Source of the DNA: Thalia democratica
Taxonomy: Eukaryota
Assembly: GCA_965202585.1 (NCBI GenBank)
Contig: OZ241829.1
Location: 21,018,001-21,082,000 of the forward strand
DNA: 64,000 bases
Direction of reading: 5' to 3'
Shown: in pieces, positions 12,200 through 23,365 of the stretch
How positions within the stretch are numbered: the first letter of the stretch is position 1
Layout of the letters: every line of letters starts with the position of its first letter
The notes under the pieces: generated by a model
The model's input: the letters and a program-made list of their open reading frames with translations, nothing else
What the model was told of the DNA's origin: nothing
Databases searched by the model: none
Made by a program: the position numbers and the translations under genes

Positions 12200-13239
12200 C
12201 ATTTTGTCGATCTGTTGGAAGTAAATACTACAGCGTATCAAACTAGTTAGAAAATAAACTATTATTTTGATAGTTTTTTGAAATAAAAATAATTGTGGAT
12301 AGCGTAAACTTTGATAATAAATATGGTTGAAGTCCTAATTGTTTGATATAAATTTGGTGTTCTTAGTTCTAGTAGCTCAAAATTAGTTTTCGTAGTTCGA
12401 GTTTCTTATTGCTTTTTATTGGAACAATATTTTCTTTACTCTGTAATGTTCATTTGTTGTAATAAAATCTGTACCTAAAATAAAGTACTGTTTGTCATTT
12501 AGATTTTATAAATGGTATTCTAAATTAAAGTTGAAGCTATTATTACAGGACTTTTAAATAAGAAATTGAAAAGCTATTTTATATTTGAACTGATAAAATA
12601 TATTTGAATTAAAGCAAAAGCTTCAACTATAAATTTTAAATTACTTTTATCAAATTCATATCTTTTTTAGATACTTTTTCAAGTAAATATAAAATAACTA
12701 TGAAGATAAGGTGTGAATCATTTCTAACATTTTATTTGAATAAATTTTGTTTACTTAAATTAAAAAATTAAAATGTTACAATTTAATCATTTATGCATTA
12801 AGCTATTAAGGTCGTCTTTTATATAACCTAGAATAAAAATTAACAACAAAAATCAGCTAAGTAAAATAAACAGTCAGACTTTGTACGATTAGTTGAATGA
12901 CAGCAAAGTAAAAACCTAATATTAACTTTCAAAACAAAAAAAAAACAAGTTTTAAACAAACAACTTTGAAAGTATTTTGTTTAAAAATTTAGCCTTTGGT
13001 GAGAAACGTGAGTCTAGTATTATTAATTTATTTATAAATTAGGTAAGTCTAAAACAAATGAACTCAACTTGTGTTTACTTATAAAAATATTTTTCATTGT
13101 TTTCCAGCGAATTTAAGCAACTATTGAGTTTTATATTTAGTCAGACAAAAAAGAAAAGCTTCCAATTTTATTGTTGTGTTTAAATATATTTCATAATAAA
13201 ACATTACTTTCAATAATAATTTATTTAGATATCCTAAAC

Positions 13240-13420
13240 TTGCAGTGCACAGTAAAATATGCACGCCTGTGTGTACAGGTACACATTGTGAAACCACTGT
13301 ATTAGCTTCTTATCTAATACGTAGGGTTAATGTAGTTCTACTTAGTTTAACAGAACTTCTGTTGCACATCCAAACGCTTTATGTAAATCAGGAAGTGGAG
13401 TAATACCGCCCCTGCGGACG
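13240..13420. other. Conserved ~170-bp non-coding element (copies 17817-17997, 25805-25995, 27797-27990, 32045-32234, 40042-40222)
   Basis: A GC-richer island that is better conserved between diverged units than its flanks. It contains GGGGCGG, ACTTCCTG, TGCRCNC motifs and short palindromes. It could be an enhancer or an ncRNA. Confidence 0.55.
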
Positions 13421-14127
13421 AAAAAGTAAATGATTAGTTAGTAAAGAAGCGATGTCTGGAACTTTAATTATAAGTTGCGAAGACAACACTTAAGTTATTC
13501 ACCTCCGTTTTTATTAAAAACCTGTAAAGTCTTCGTAATGTACTTACAATAATATAATGAACTTATTTATAATACTAAGCATTTTAAATAAACAATTTTC
13601 ATAACTTTTTCATATTTTATTTGAAAATCATGAATTAGTCAACAGAAAAAAAACTAGGATTGGAAAAAAAATATGTTTAATCATTTTTGATACTTAAAAA
13701 TTACTACTTTGTTTAGTATTATATGTATTATGGTATTATTTGCTTCTTGAAAAATAGATAGTTTAAGTTTAAACTGTTGAACTAAATTTCATGAAATATT
13801 TCAAACAAACATTTAAACTTTATAACTGAGCAATATTTTAATTGTGATATTGGCTTGTGAAGAAAATGAAAAGTTTAGTTTGAATTTTGATTCTTTAATT
13901 TTTAAGTTAATCAACTGTCATTTTACATAACAATTGATATATTACAATAGTAATCATTTAATTCTTGTGTTTAATTTATTGGCGACTCATGTATAAACAC
14001 ATGAGAAGAGAGATTAAACCTAAAACCAACAAAATGCTTAATGAAAATTATGCATAGTATCTAACACAACTAATTTATAAAAAATACAAAACAAGAAACA
14101 TTTAAGAAAGTAACGACTCATGAAATC

Positions 14128-14301
14128 TTACAATGAAGTAACTTTTCCCATTAACAAAGTTTGGTTTTTGTATAAAATCATTAACACAAATGGATATTGA
14201 ACTACAAACTTTTTTGGTTTCAGATAAACGTTTTCGTAATCATAAACCAATTCTAATCCAGTTGCTGCAGCAGCTTCAGTTGCTTCATCATTTACCTCAA
14301 T
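14128..14301 (-). pseudogene. Serpin B C-terminal fragment (hinge, RCL and C-terminal strands only)
   Basis: Matches 18705-18878 and is truncated at the tandem-duplication junction. Confidence 0.9.
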
Positions 14302-14864
14302 TATTATTCTAAAGTGATATTAATTTGAACGAGATTTGTGAACGAGAAACTTACAACTATTTCTATTGAAAACTTAATACTGAACTATTTTCGTAAAAAC
14401 TCTTGTAACATATGTTCAAGTTTTTGTACTTAAAAGTAATTTGATTACTTTAGAAAAACATTTAGCTAACAGAAAAAATCTATAAACTGGCAAATAAATT
14501 GCTATAAAACTGTAAATAAGAAAATGCTATAAAACAATATATTCAGATATAGTATGCATTAAATATGATATATAAATAAAGTCAGAACCTTGTGAGGAAC
14601 TGCAAATTGATACATCAATTTTTAAATTAAAACTTTTATTTTATATTTGTACTATTTATCTATTATATAAGTTATTTAGTTTTCCATTAAGCATTGATAA
14701 TTAAACAAGTCAATAGTTGAACTTATTTTATTAATATGAGAACAAAAGCAGGAGTACAGAAAGAAAACCGGTTCCTAATCAAAACATCTCAAACGAAAAC
14801 TTTGCACAGCATTAAACACAACTTAGAAATACATAAAGCTCACAAAATAACTAGTTATGAAAAT

Positions 14865-15983
14865 TTACAATGAAGTAACTTTTCCCGTGAACAAAGTTTG
14901 GTCTTCGTATAAAATAATGAACAAAAAAGGATGATCAACTGTGAAATAGATTTTTGGAAAACTTCTTGAACTTTGTTTAACACGTCCCACTGCGATTCCT
15001 GTTGCTGCAGCAGCTTCAGTTCCTTCTTCACTTGTCTCAATGAAAGCCTTGTGAACAACTTCAGTCACAAAAAGTCTTGAATCTCCTGCAAACATTGCGC
15101 TTAAGTCAGATTTTCTCTCATCAAAAGCGTCTTTGATTCCCAACGAGCGCAGAGTTTCGTACAAGCTTGCTTCAAATTCGATTTTGAACTTAGGCATTTT
15201 CAACAAAATTCGCGTTTCACTGAAACTACTAGGGTCTTTAAGACTTTCAATAGTTTGGACGTCAAGTTTTTCGATCACATTTTTCAATCCAAACCTTTCA
15301 TCAGGTAAAACTATCAGCATTCTGAAATCTACTTGCTTGTAATGAATTTCCACACACTTGAACCCTTTTTCATCAAATGAAGCAAACGAATAGTACTTTT
15401 CCTGTTTCATCATTTTAACAGTAGATGTTTTTTCTTCGGTACAATAGAATGGAGCATCTCTAGTGTCACAAAACTTGAACTTATCATACCAATCACCTTT
15501 GAAGTAGATACAACTAACTAAAACACATACAGTATCAGGATCCAAGTCGCTAAACAGATCTTTAATTTTTCCATTAGTACAATCTGCAACCCATTTATTG
15601 ATTATATTTTTCGATTCGTCTGCATTCTCCTCGTAATTTAAAGACTGAATGTGGCTTTTAAAAGCAGATTCCATGTCACGTTTGTAGTTAGCATCAATTT
15701 CAAATTCTTCTGAAGGAAAAACAGAATTAGCAAGCTTGATTTGTAAGCCTTTGGAGTTGTAAGTTAATACATCATTCAGCTTTTTAAGATTTGAAAGAAG
15801 TTGTTCATCCTTCACAATTCATAGTGCCTCTTCAAGCTGCTTCTTGGTTGCTCCATTAGAACCTATAAGCAGCATGGAAAGAGCAAGCGAAACGCTCAGT
15901 GGTGAAAAGAAAATGTTCTTGTTTTCATCATTGCTTTCACAAAGCTTATTAAAAAGATTGACGTCAAACGAATTTACATTCAT
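14865..15983 (-). pseudogene. Serpin type A copy A2, nonsense mutation at codon 55 (GGA to TGA, 15819-15821)
   Basis: ATG at 15983 is in frame with the 316-aa ORF, separated only by one TGA where A1 has GGA. Confidence 0.9.
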
Positions 15984-18704
15984 AATGATTTTAAACCCAA
16001 CTAACCTTGAAAAGTAAAATATTATGTATTATCGAGATTTTTAAATGTGTTTGTACAAGTTGTACATTTTATGTTTTAGCTTGAATAGTTAAATAGTTAA
16101 AGACTTTTTAAATTTTACTTTTCATTGAAGCTTTTAATTGTACTGATATATTTACAACTTTTAAAATTTTTATATAACATTTGAAGATGCTTCACCTCAA
16201 AAATAGCATGAAATAGTTAAATTTTTATAGTAAAATTTCTTTAAAGTAAAGTATACTGGTAATAGATGTCTGTAAAACTTTTACAGGTCTCCATAGCTTC
16301 TGACTACATAAACTATAAGCTATAATAATCTATTTATATTTGTTTTAAGTAACAATAGCAGCATAGAGGGTTTTTCTAAAATCCTTTGTAAATAAAAACA
16401 TAAAAACATTAGTATTTAAAAACAACCAGGATTAAGTAAAAAATGACACCGGGTTCATTATTTTAACTTGTTTAAAGTTAGGGTAGTTTTTTACCTGATC
16501 TTTGCTTTTAAACTTTCAACTATTTTGTTCAACTATTTTGTTCTTTTTTCAATTTCACTGTTTTCAAATTTTATTATGCAAGATATTTAGATGTACAATT
16601 TATACATAAAGAATAAGGTTTAGTTTATATCGCTAAATAAATGTTTTTGAGAAGGCCTAAATAAAACAACTTCAAAATATGTGAAACACAACCGTATAAG
16701 AACTGATGTTCAATCAATATTTTAATTTTTCAAAGCTTACTATGATTTTTACGACACTTTTGGCGCTAATGAGCTACATTTTGTCGATCTGTTGGAAGTA
16801 AATACTACAGCGTATCAAACTAGTTAGAAAATAAACTATTATTTTGATAGTTTTTTGAAATAAAAATAATTGTGGATAGCGTAAACTTTGATAATAAATA
16901 TGGTTGAAGTCCTAATTGTTTGATATAAATTTGGTGTTCTTAGTTCTAGTAGCTCAAAATTAGTTTTCGTAGTTCGAGTTTCTTATTGCTTTTTATTGGA
17001 ACAATATTTTCTTTACTCTGTAATGTTCATTTGTTGTAATAAAATCTGTACCTAAAATAAAGTACTGTTTGTCATTTAGATTTTATAAATGGTATTCTAA
17101 ATTAAAGTTGAAGCTATTATTACAGGACTTTTAAATAAGAAATTGAAAAGCTATTTTATATTTGAACTGATAAAATATATTTGAATTAAAGCAAAAGCTT
17201 CAACTATAAATTTTAAATTACTTTTATCAAATTCATATCTTTTTTAGATACTTTTTCAAGTAAATATAAAATAACTATGAAGATAAGGTGTGAATCATTT
17301 CTAACATTTTATTTGAATAAATTTTGTTTACTTAAATTAAAAAATTAAAATGTTACAATTTAATCATTTATGCATTAAGCTATTAAGGTCGTCTTTTATA
17401 TAACCTAGAATAAAAATTAACAACAAAAATCAGCTAAGTAAAATAAACAGTCAGACTTTGTACGATTAGTTGAATGACAGCAAAGTAAAAACCTAATATT
17501 AACTTTCAAAACAAAAAAAAAACAAGTTTTAAACAAACAACTTTGAAAGTATTTTGTTTAAAAATTTAGCCTTTGGTGAGAAACGTGAGTCTAGTATTAT
17601 TAATTTATTTATAAATTAGGTAAGTCTAAAACAAATGAACTCAACTTGTGTTTACTTATAAAAATATTTTTCATTGTTTTCCAGCGAATTTAAGCAACTA
17701 TTGAGTTTTATATTTAGTCAGACAAAAAAGAAAAGCTTCCAATTTTATTGTTGTGTTTAAATATATTTCATAATAAAACATTACTTTCAATAATAATTTA
17801 TTTAGATATCCTAAACTTGCAGTGCACAGTAAAATATGCACGCCTGTGTGTACAGGTACACATTGTGAAACCACTGTATTAGCTTCTTATCTAATACGTA
17901 GGGTTAATGTAGTTCTACTTAGTTTAACAGAACTTCTGTTGCACATCCAAACGCTTTATGTAAATCAGGAAGTGGAGTAATACCGCCCCTGCGGACGAAA
18001 AAGTAAATGATTAGTTAGTAAAGAAGCGATGTCTGGAACTTTAATTATAAGTTGCGAAGACAACACTTAAGTTATTCACCTCCGTTTTTATTAAAAACCT
18101 GTAAAGTCTTCGTAATGTACTTACAATAATATAATGAACTTATTTATAATACTAAGCATTTTAAATAAACAATTTTCATAACTTTTTCATATTTTATTTG
18201 AAAATCATGAATTAGTCAACAGAAAAAAAACTAGGATTGGAAAAAAAATATGTTTAATCATTTTTGATACTTAAAAATTACTACTTTGTTTAGTATTATA
18301 TGTATTATGGTATTATTTGCTTCTTGAAAAATAGATAGTTTAAGTTTAAACTGTTGAACTAAATTTCATGAAATATTTCAAACAAACATTTAAACTTTAT
18401 AACTGAGCAATATTTTAATTGTGATATTGGCTTGTGAAGAAAATGAAAAGTTTAGTTTGAATTTTGATTCTTTAATTTTTAAGTTAATCAACTGTCATTT
18501 TACATAACAATTGATATATTACAATAGTAATCATTTAATTCTTGTGTTTAATTTATTGGCGACTCATGTATAAACACATGAGAAGAGAGATTAAACCTAA
18601 AACCAACAAAATGCTTAATGAAAATTATGCATAGTATCTAACACAACTAATTTATAAAAAATACAAAACAAGAAACATTTAAGAAAGTAACGACTCATGA
18701 AATC

Positions 18705-19832
18705 TTACAATGAAGTAACTTTTCCCATTAACAAAGTTTGGTTTTTGTATAAAATCATTAACACAAATGGATATTGAACTACAAACTTTTTTGGTTTCAG
18801 ATAAACGTTTTCGTAATCATAAACCAATTCTAATCCAGTTGCTGCAGCAGCTTCAGTTGCTTCATCATTTACCTCAATGCAAGCTTTGTGAACTACTTCG
18901 GACACATGAAATTTACCATTTGGTTGCAGAGCATCTTCAGACATTGCACTAAAATCTGCATTTGCTGAATCAAAAGTGTCTTTTATTCCCAACGAACGCA
19001 GAATTTCGTTCAAATTTGCTTCATATTCGATTTTAAACTTTGGGACTCTCAGCGAAACGAATTCTCTACTGAAATTTTTACCGTCTTTAATGCTTTCGAT
19101 TGTATTCTTGTCTAGTTTATTGATTACACTTTCCAATTCATATTTTCCGTTGGGTAAAATTATCAGCATACTAAAATCTGGATTCTTGTAAGGAATTGTT
19201 ACAGACTTGAACTCTTTTTCATCATCTGAAAGAAACGAATAATAATCCTTTTTTACCATCATTTTAACAATAGAAGTCTTTTTATCGGTACAATAGAATG
19301 GTAAATCTTTTCTGTAACGGGACTTGAACATGTCATACCAATCACCTCTAAAATAAATACAACTAACTAGAACACATGCAATATCAGGGCTCATTTTACT
19401 GAATAATTCATTAATTTTTTCATTAGTACAACCTTCAACAAAATAATTGATAACAGCTATCGCGTTTTCTGCACGGTTTTTGTAGTCCAAAGACTGAATT
19501 TGGCATTTTAAAGCAGATTGCATGTCATCTTTGTACTCTGGGATTATCTGAAACTTATCTGATGGAAAGACAGAGTTAGCAAGTTTGATTTTCAAACCAT
19601 CGGAGTTAAAATTGACTACACCACTCAGCTCTTTAAGATTTGAAAGAAGTTTTACATCCTTCACAATTCCTAGTGCCTCTTCAAGCTGCATCTTGGTTGC
19701 GCCATTAGATCCTTTTAGTAGCATGGAAAGAGCGAGCGAAATGCTCAGTGGTGAAAAGAAAATGTTCTTGTTTTCATCATTGCTTTCACAAAGTTTTTTG
19801 AAAATACTGACATCAAGCGAATTGAAATTCAT
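18705..19832 (-). CDS. Serpin type B copy B1, 375 aa, intracellular, predicted P1 Asp
   Basis: Full-length ORF with NIFFSPLSI, IYFRGDW, VPKFKIE, hinge DEATEAAAATG and RCL LELVYDYENV. No signal peptide. Confidence 0.95.
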   Translation of the reverse strand: MNFNSLDVSIFKKLCESNDENKNIFFSPLSISLALSMLLKGSNGATKMQLEEALGIVKDVKLLSNLKELSGVVNFNSDGLKIKLANSVFPSDKFQIIPEYKDDMQSALKCQIQSLDYKNRAENAIAVINYFVEGCTNEKINELFSKMSPDIACVLVSCIYFRGDWYDMFKSRYRKDLPFYCTDKKTSIVKMMVKKDYYSFLSDDEKEFKSVTIPYKNPDFSMLIILPNGKYELESVINKLDKNTIESIKDGKNFSREFVSLRVPKFKIEYEANLNEILRSLGIKDTFDSANADFSAMSEDALQPNGKFHVSEVVHKACIEVNDEATEAAAATGLELVYDYENVYLKPKKFVVQYPFVLMILYKNQTLLMGKVTSL

Positions 19833-20776
19833 ACTGATTTTAGACCCACAAACCTTAAAATTTTAATTATTATTAACCATTTAAGTAGTTAAAATTCATT
19901 TTATGTTTTATCTACTAACTAAAGAAATGTTAAAAAAGTTGTTCAAATAAAATACAGATTTTTCTGCATTTTTACAACGTTACAAGACAACTACAGTTTT
20001 TATAATATTTTGAAGTGGCCCTCATGTCAAAAATTTTGCTTGAAGATTGATAAGCATAAAGAGGTTTGTGTAATAATGTAAAACAAAACAAATCAAATAT
20101 TTATTGAGGGAAATTTTAATAAAAAAAAACACTTTTGCTACATACAGCCATATTTTAGTAAACTTTAAAACTATTCTTAACTAGTTCTTAAAAAAGTACT
20201 TCAAATTCAGAAATAACATTATTAGGTCTAATCATTAAGAACACAGTGTTAACAAATTGTTGAAATAGAATTTGTTATAACATAATATTACTAAAAATTC
20301 AAAATTATTAGAATTATAAATATCTGTATTTTAATCATCGTTCATTTTTACACTTTTAACTATTTATTTTAAGCATTTAATTATTTTGAATACCAGTTTG
20401 AATCAGATTTAAATGTATAATTTATTCACTGTAAATAAGATCTAATACATTTAAACATTTAAGAACTTGATAAATGACTATGAGTGAACTTAATTTAAAC
20501 CAAATACTATGTATGAAACACAACCATAAAATAAGGTATTTGCAATATTTTTTTTTACTTCGCAATGATCACTTTGATTCGTCACGACACTTTAGGCGCT
20601 AACGAGCTATTTTTTTTCGTTGTTTTGAATAGGAGGTAACTATGTTTTTTAGGTTTGTAACCATTCACTGTTACAACGTAGTTACTATTTTATTACTGCT
20701 ATTACTGGTTTAGTTTGCAAAATTATTATCCTTAAATAAAATGTAAGCACTTTCAGATTAAATCTTCAAAACGCAG

Positions 20777-20984
20777 CTAATTAACTTCTCTCTCATTAAT
20801 CCTTGCTGCAACTTCCATAGTGTAGAGGTAGTCCAGATTCTTAACCATAACCATGAATGTAAACAGACTTCGTTGCTGTAATTCAACACGACAAATCTGC
20901 GTGCTAGCATATCTGGCTGCAGGTGTCCTCGCCAAAAACGAGGCTCAGTTGTGCGAGTAGAGGACAAAAATCTTGAAGGTTAAA
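20777..20984 (-). pseudogene. Family X paralog X3, 5'-truncated and frameshifted
   Basis: The repaired reading gives RFVVLNYSNEV-FTFMVMVKNLDYLYTMEVAARINEREVN*, homologous to the X1 C-terminus. It lies about 950 bp upstream of serpin B on the same strand. Confidence 0.75.
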
Positions 20985-21667
20985 TTTTTATGACACGACA
21001 TTTAAAGTATATGACTACTTTTTTAGTTTTTATTTGTTTTACAGATAGCAGATAAAAATTAAATAGTTACTAGTTAAAAATAAAATATAGTATGATGTAG
21101 CTAAATTCAGTTTGAAACTTAATTACTTTAATTTTTAAATCCTTTCTTGTTATTTTCTTTCTAACAAAATCAGTATTTAAAATTTTCAGTATATGTATTT
21201 ACTATCAGTATTTTCACAAATCTTAACTTCAATAAAACTCTTAGTTCTTACTATATTTTACTATAAGTTCTTTTTTATTTAGACAAATAATTAAAACTCA
21301 TTTTTATTTCATATATGCATTGTTTTTAGATATATATATTTTGATAAATAAATTAGTATGAAACATTAACTTTTATTGATTGTAAAAGATTTCAAAGGCG
21401 CTAAAAGGCAGTTATGATTTCTATAAAAAATTTTTTTTCAGTAATCTAAGTACATAACTGAAAGAAGTTAGCTGATCGCGGAAAGCAAAAATTTTTGAAC
21501 AAACTCGATACTGAAGAATACTCAAAATACACTTAATTTAAAGCATCTATAATTTATACTTAAATAAGTAAATTATTTTTTAATACTTCAAAGTTAAGAT
21601 GTATTCCAATATAAAAACAATTAAAAGATTTTTCGATATACAGTGTTGACTTGCATTTTTTAATGTC

Positions 21668-21755
21668 TTGTCCTGGACAAGACGGTAAAAAGTATCCGTG
21701 GTGTAAGACTCGATAACCGAAATGTTTTGTCGTGACCCAGGTCTAAGCACCATAT
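21668..21755. repeat. ~90-bp dispersed repeat, inverted copy at 24495-24583 (SINE/MITE-like)
   Basis: TGGTGTAAGACTCGATAACCGAAATGTTTTGTCGTGACCCAGGTC vs reverse complement TGGTGTATGACTCGAGATAACCGAAAGGTTTTTTCGTACACCAGGTC. The second copy appears inserted relative to the paralogous region at 12720-12780. Confidence 0.55.
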
Positions 21756-21988
21756 ATTTAAAGCGCTTTTTTTAATTTTTATCAAACAATAGTAAACGAT
21801 TTTTTTACATAATACTATTAAACCTCTACAAACTTTCACTTGAATATTATTCACAATATATAACAACGACTCGTAGATAGTTTAGCGAAACTTTAATGAT
21901 CGATCATATAAAAATTCACATTTAATTTAAAACAAAATCACTAAATAGCCCAACAGCATTTGGGCTCAAAATTCCACAAGAGCGTATT

Positions 21989-22285
21989 CTATTTCGAAAA
22001 CAATTTGCTTGCTAGATGAAACCCGTACTTGATAAGCACAATCACGTATCCAGGATTGCTGTAAAGCACTTTAGCCAGGGGAAACATGAAAATGCAGATC
22101 ACGATCTGACAGAAGACTACGAGGGGGAACTCCAGGATCCGGAAGGTGGTTTTCACCAGGAACTTCAATGGTTTGTAGAGGATTCGGAGGATGAGGCATG
22201 CAATGATGAAGAAGATTGTAGCAAAGATCGTTTCCATTTGAAAAACTTTCACCATTTCGAACATGACGTTGAAAAGAGCGTCCAT
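21989..22285 (-). CDS. 98-aa hydrophobic membrane microprotein with three 15-aa repeats
   Basis: ATG ORF with strong C/G-ending codon bias (ttc, atc, ctc) in AT-rich DNA. It has long hydrophobic segments and Pro at 39, 54 and 69. Confidence 0.7.
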   Translation of the reverse strand: MDALFNVMFEMVKVFQMETIFATIFFIIACLILRILYKPLKFLVKTTFRILEFPLVVFCQIVICIFMFPLAKVLYSNPGYVIVLIKYGFHLASKLFSK

Positions 22286-23269
22286 TGTGAGAAACAGTTT
22301 AAAATTTTACCTGAAATTTTTAATAATGTTTGTGTGAATGATCTAAAATTATAGAATAAATAATAGAATAAATATAATAATTATATAAAATAAATATAAA
22401 ATAATAGAATAAATAAAAACATTTGTAAGCTAATTGCACTTGATTTAACTTGATTTAACTCGTTAAAAAATAAAAAGAGCGTGTTGCAGCCCTGACAAAA
22501 CAGTAAATAGATACTAAAACATACTGATAAACAAACAAAACCACCATAGATACGAAAATGTATTTTTACTACTTGTAAAGTTTTATCTGCACACACAATA
22601 ACATTTAAAGTTATGAACAAATTTTCATAATCAGAAGAACTACTATGAATGACTTGTATTTACTACAAAAGCTGTAAAGGTGAATAATTCAAATAAAGTC
22701 AGTGATTACTAGTTGTACTGAAACAGAATGATAAGTACAAGCTATTTTATAGGGAAAACTTGCTGTGGAAGCATATTTGAAAGAGCATTAAAATAAGAAA
22801 GAAGAATACTGTTATATACTATTTATTTTACTCCTTAAGTTTTTATACGCATACCATTATAAGCATACAGAGTATCTCCTCTAGACATAACGTTAATCAA
22901 CTATTTTCGCCGAGTTAAAACAAAGGGTCAGTTTTAATATGTTTGTAAAATATCTTAATGTATGGTTTTATAACTAAGTGTTAATTTTATAAACTTACTT
23001 ATCAAGTTATACTCTATTAATAACTTATAGTTTAAATACATAAAGTTAGTTTTTTTTTACCAAAAAACCATGTATTAGATAACTTGTTGTATATAAAGTG
23101 ACAATTAAATTTGTGAAAAATTTATGAAAAATTGACACAGTCATTTTGTTTTACTTAAACTAAATAAAAAAATTAAAATGATATAAAAGAGTAGTTGTTA
23201 AATAAATAAACCTTGATTTATTTTTACGTAGATGTCGCAAGTTTTCAAAATTTTTCTACCTAACATGTA

Positions 23270-23365
23270 AAAATTTCTCAAGTTCCAGGTTTTTCGAATT
23301 TTTATTTTTGCCTTTATTGTGAAATTCCAGGCTTTTCTAGGTTTCCAGGTAAAGTGGCAAGCCTG
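23270..23365 (-). mobile_element. Solo end of a hAT-like element (mirror 34674-34769)
   Basis: Reads CAGGCTTGCCACTTTACCTGGAAACCTAGAAAAGCCTGGAATT with repeated CCTGGAA subterminal motifs. The other TIR was not found. Confidence 0.5.

Larger units (their letters stand above)
11450..18878. repeat. 4577-bp-offset tandem duplication (about 11450-14301 = 16027-18878)
   Basis: Constant offset of 4577 (ATG 11406 vs 15983; serpin B stop 14128 vs 18705). The junction lies at 14299-14301 with AAT microhomology. Confidence 0.92.

Noticed and set aside
13320-13335. TAACCCTA in the conserved element as a telomerase RNA template
   Set aside because: Only 8 nt, present in six copies, and with no recognisable pseudoknot or H/ACA context.
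22016-22354. 112-aa acidic ORF antisense to the membrane microprotein (mirror 35685-36023)
   Set aside because: An expected shadow: hydrophobic NTC/NTG codons give Asp/Glu/His-rich stop-free antisense frames. The codon bias favours the opposite strand.
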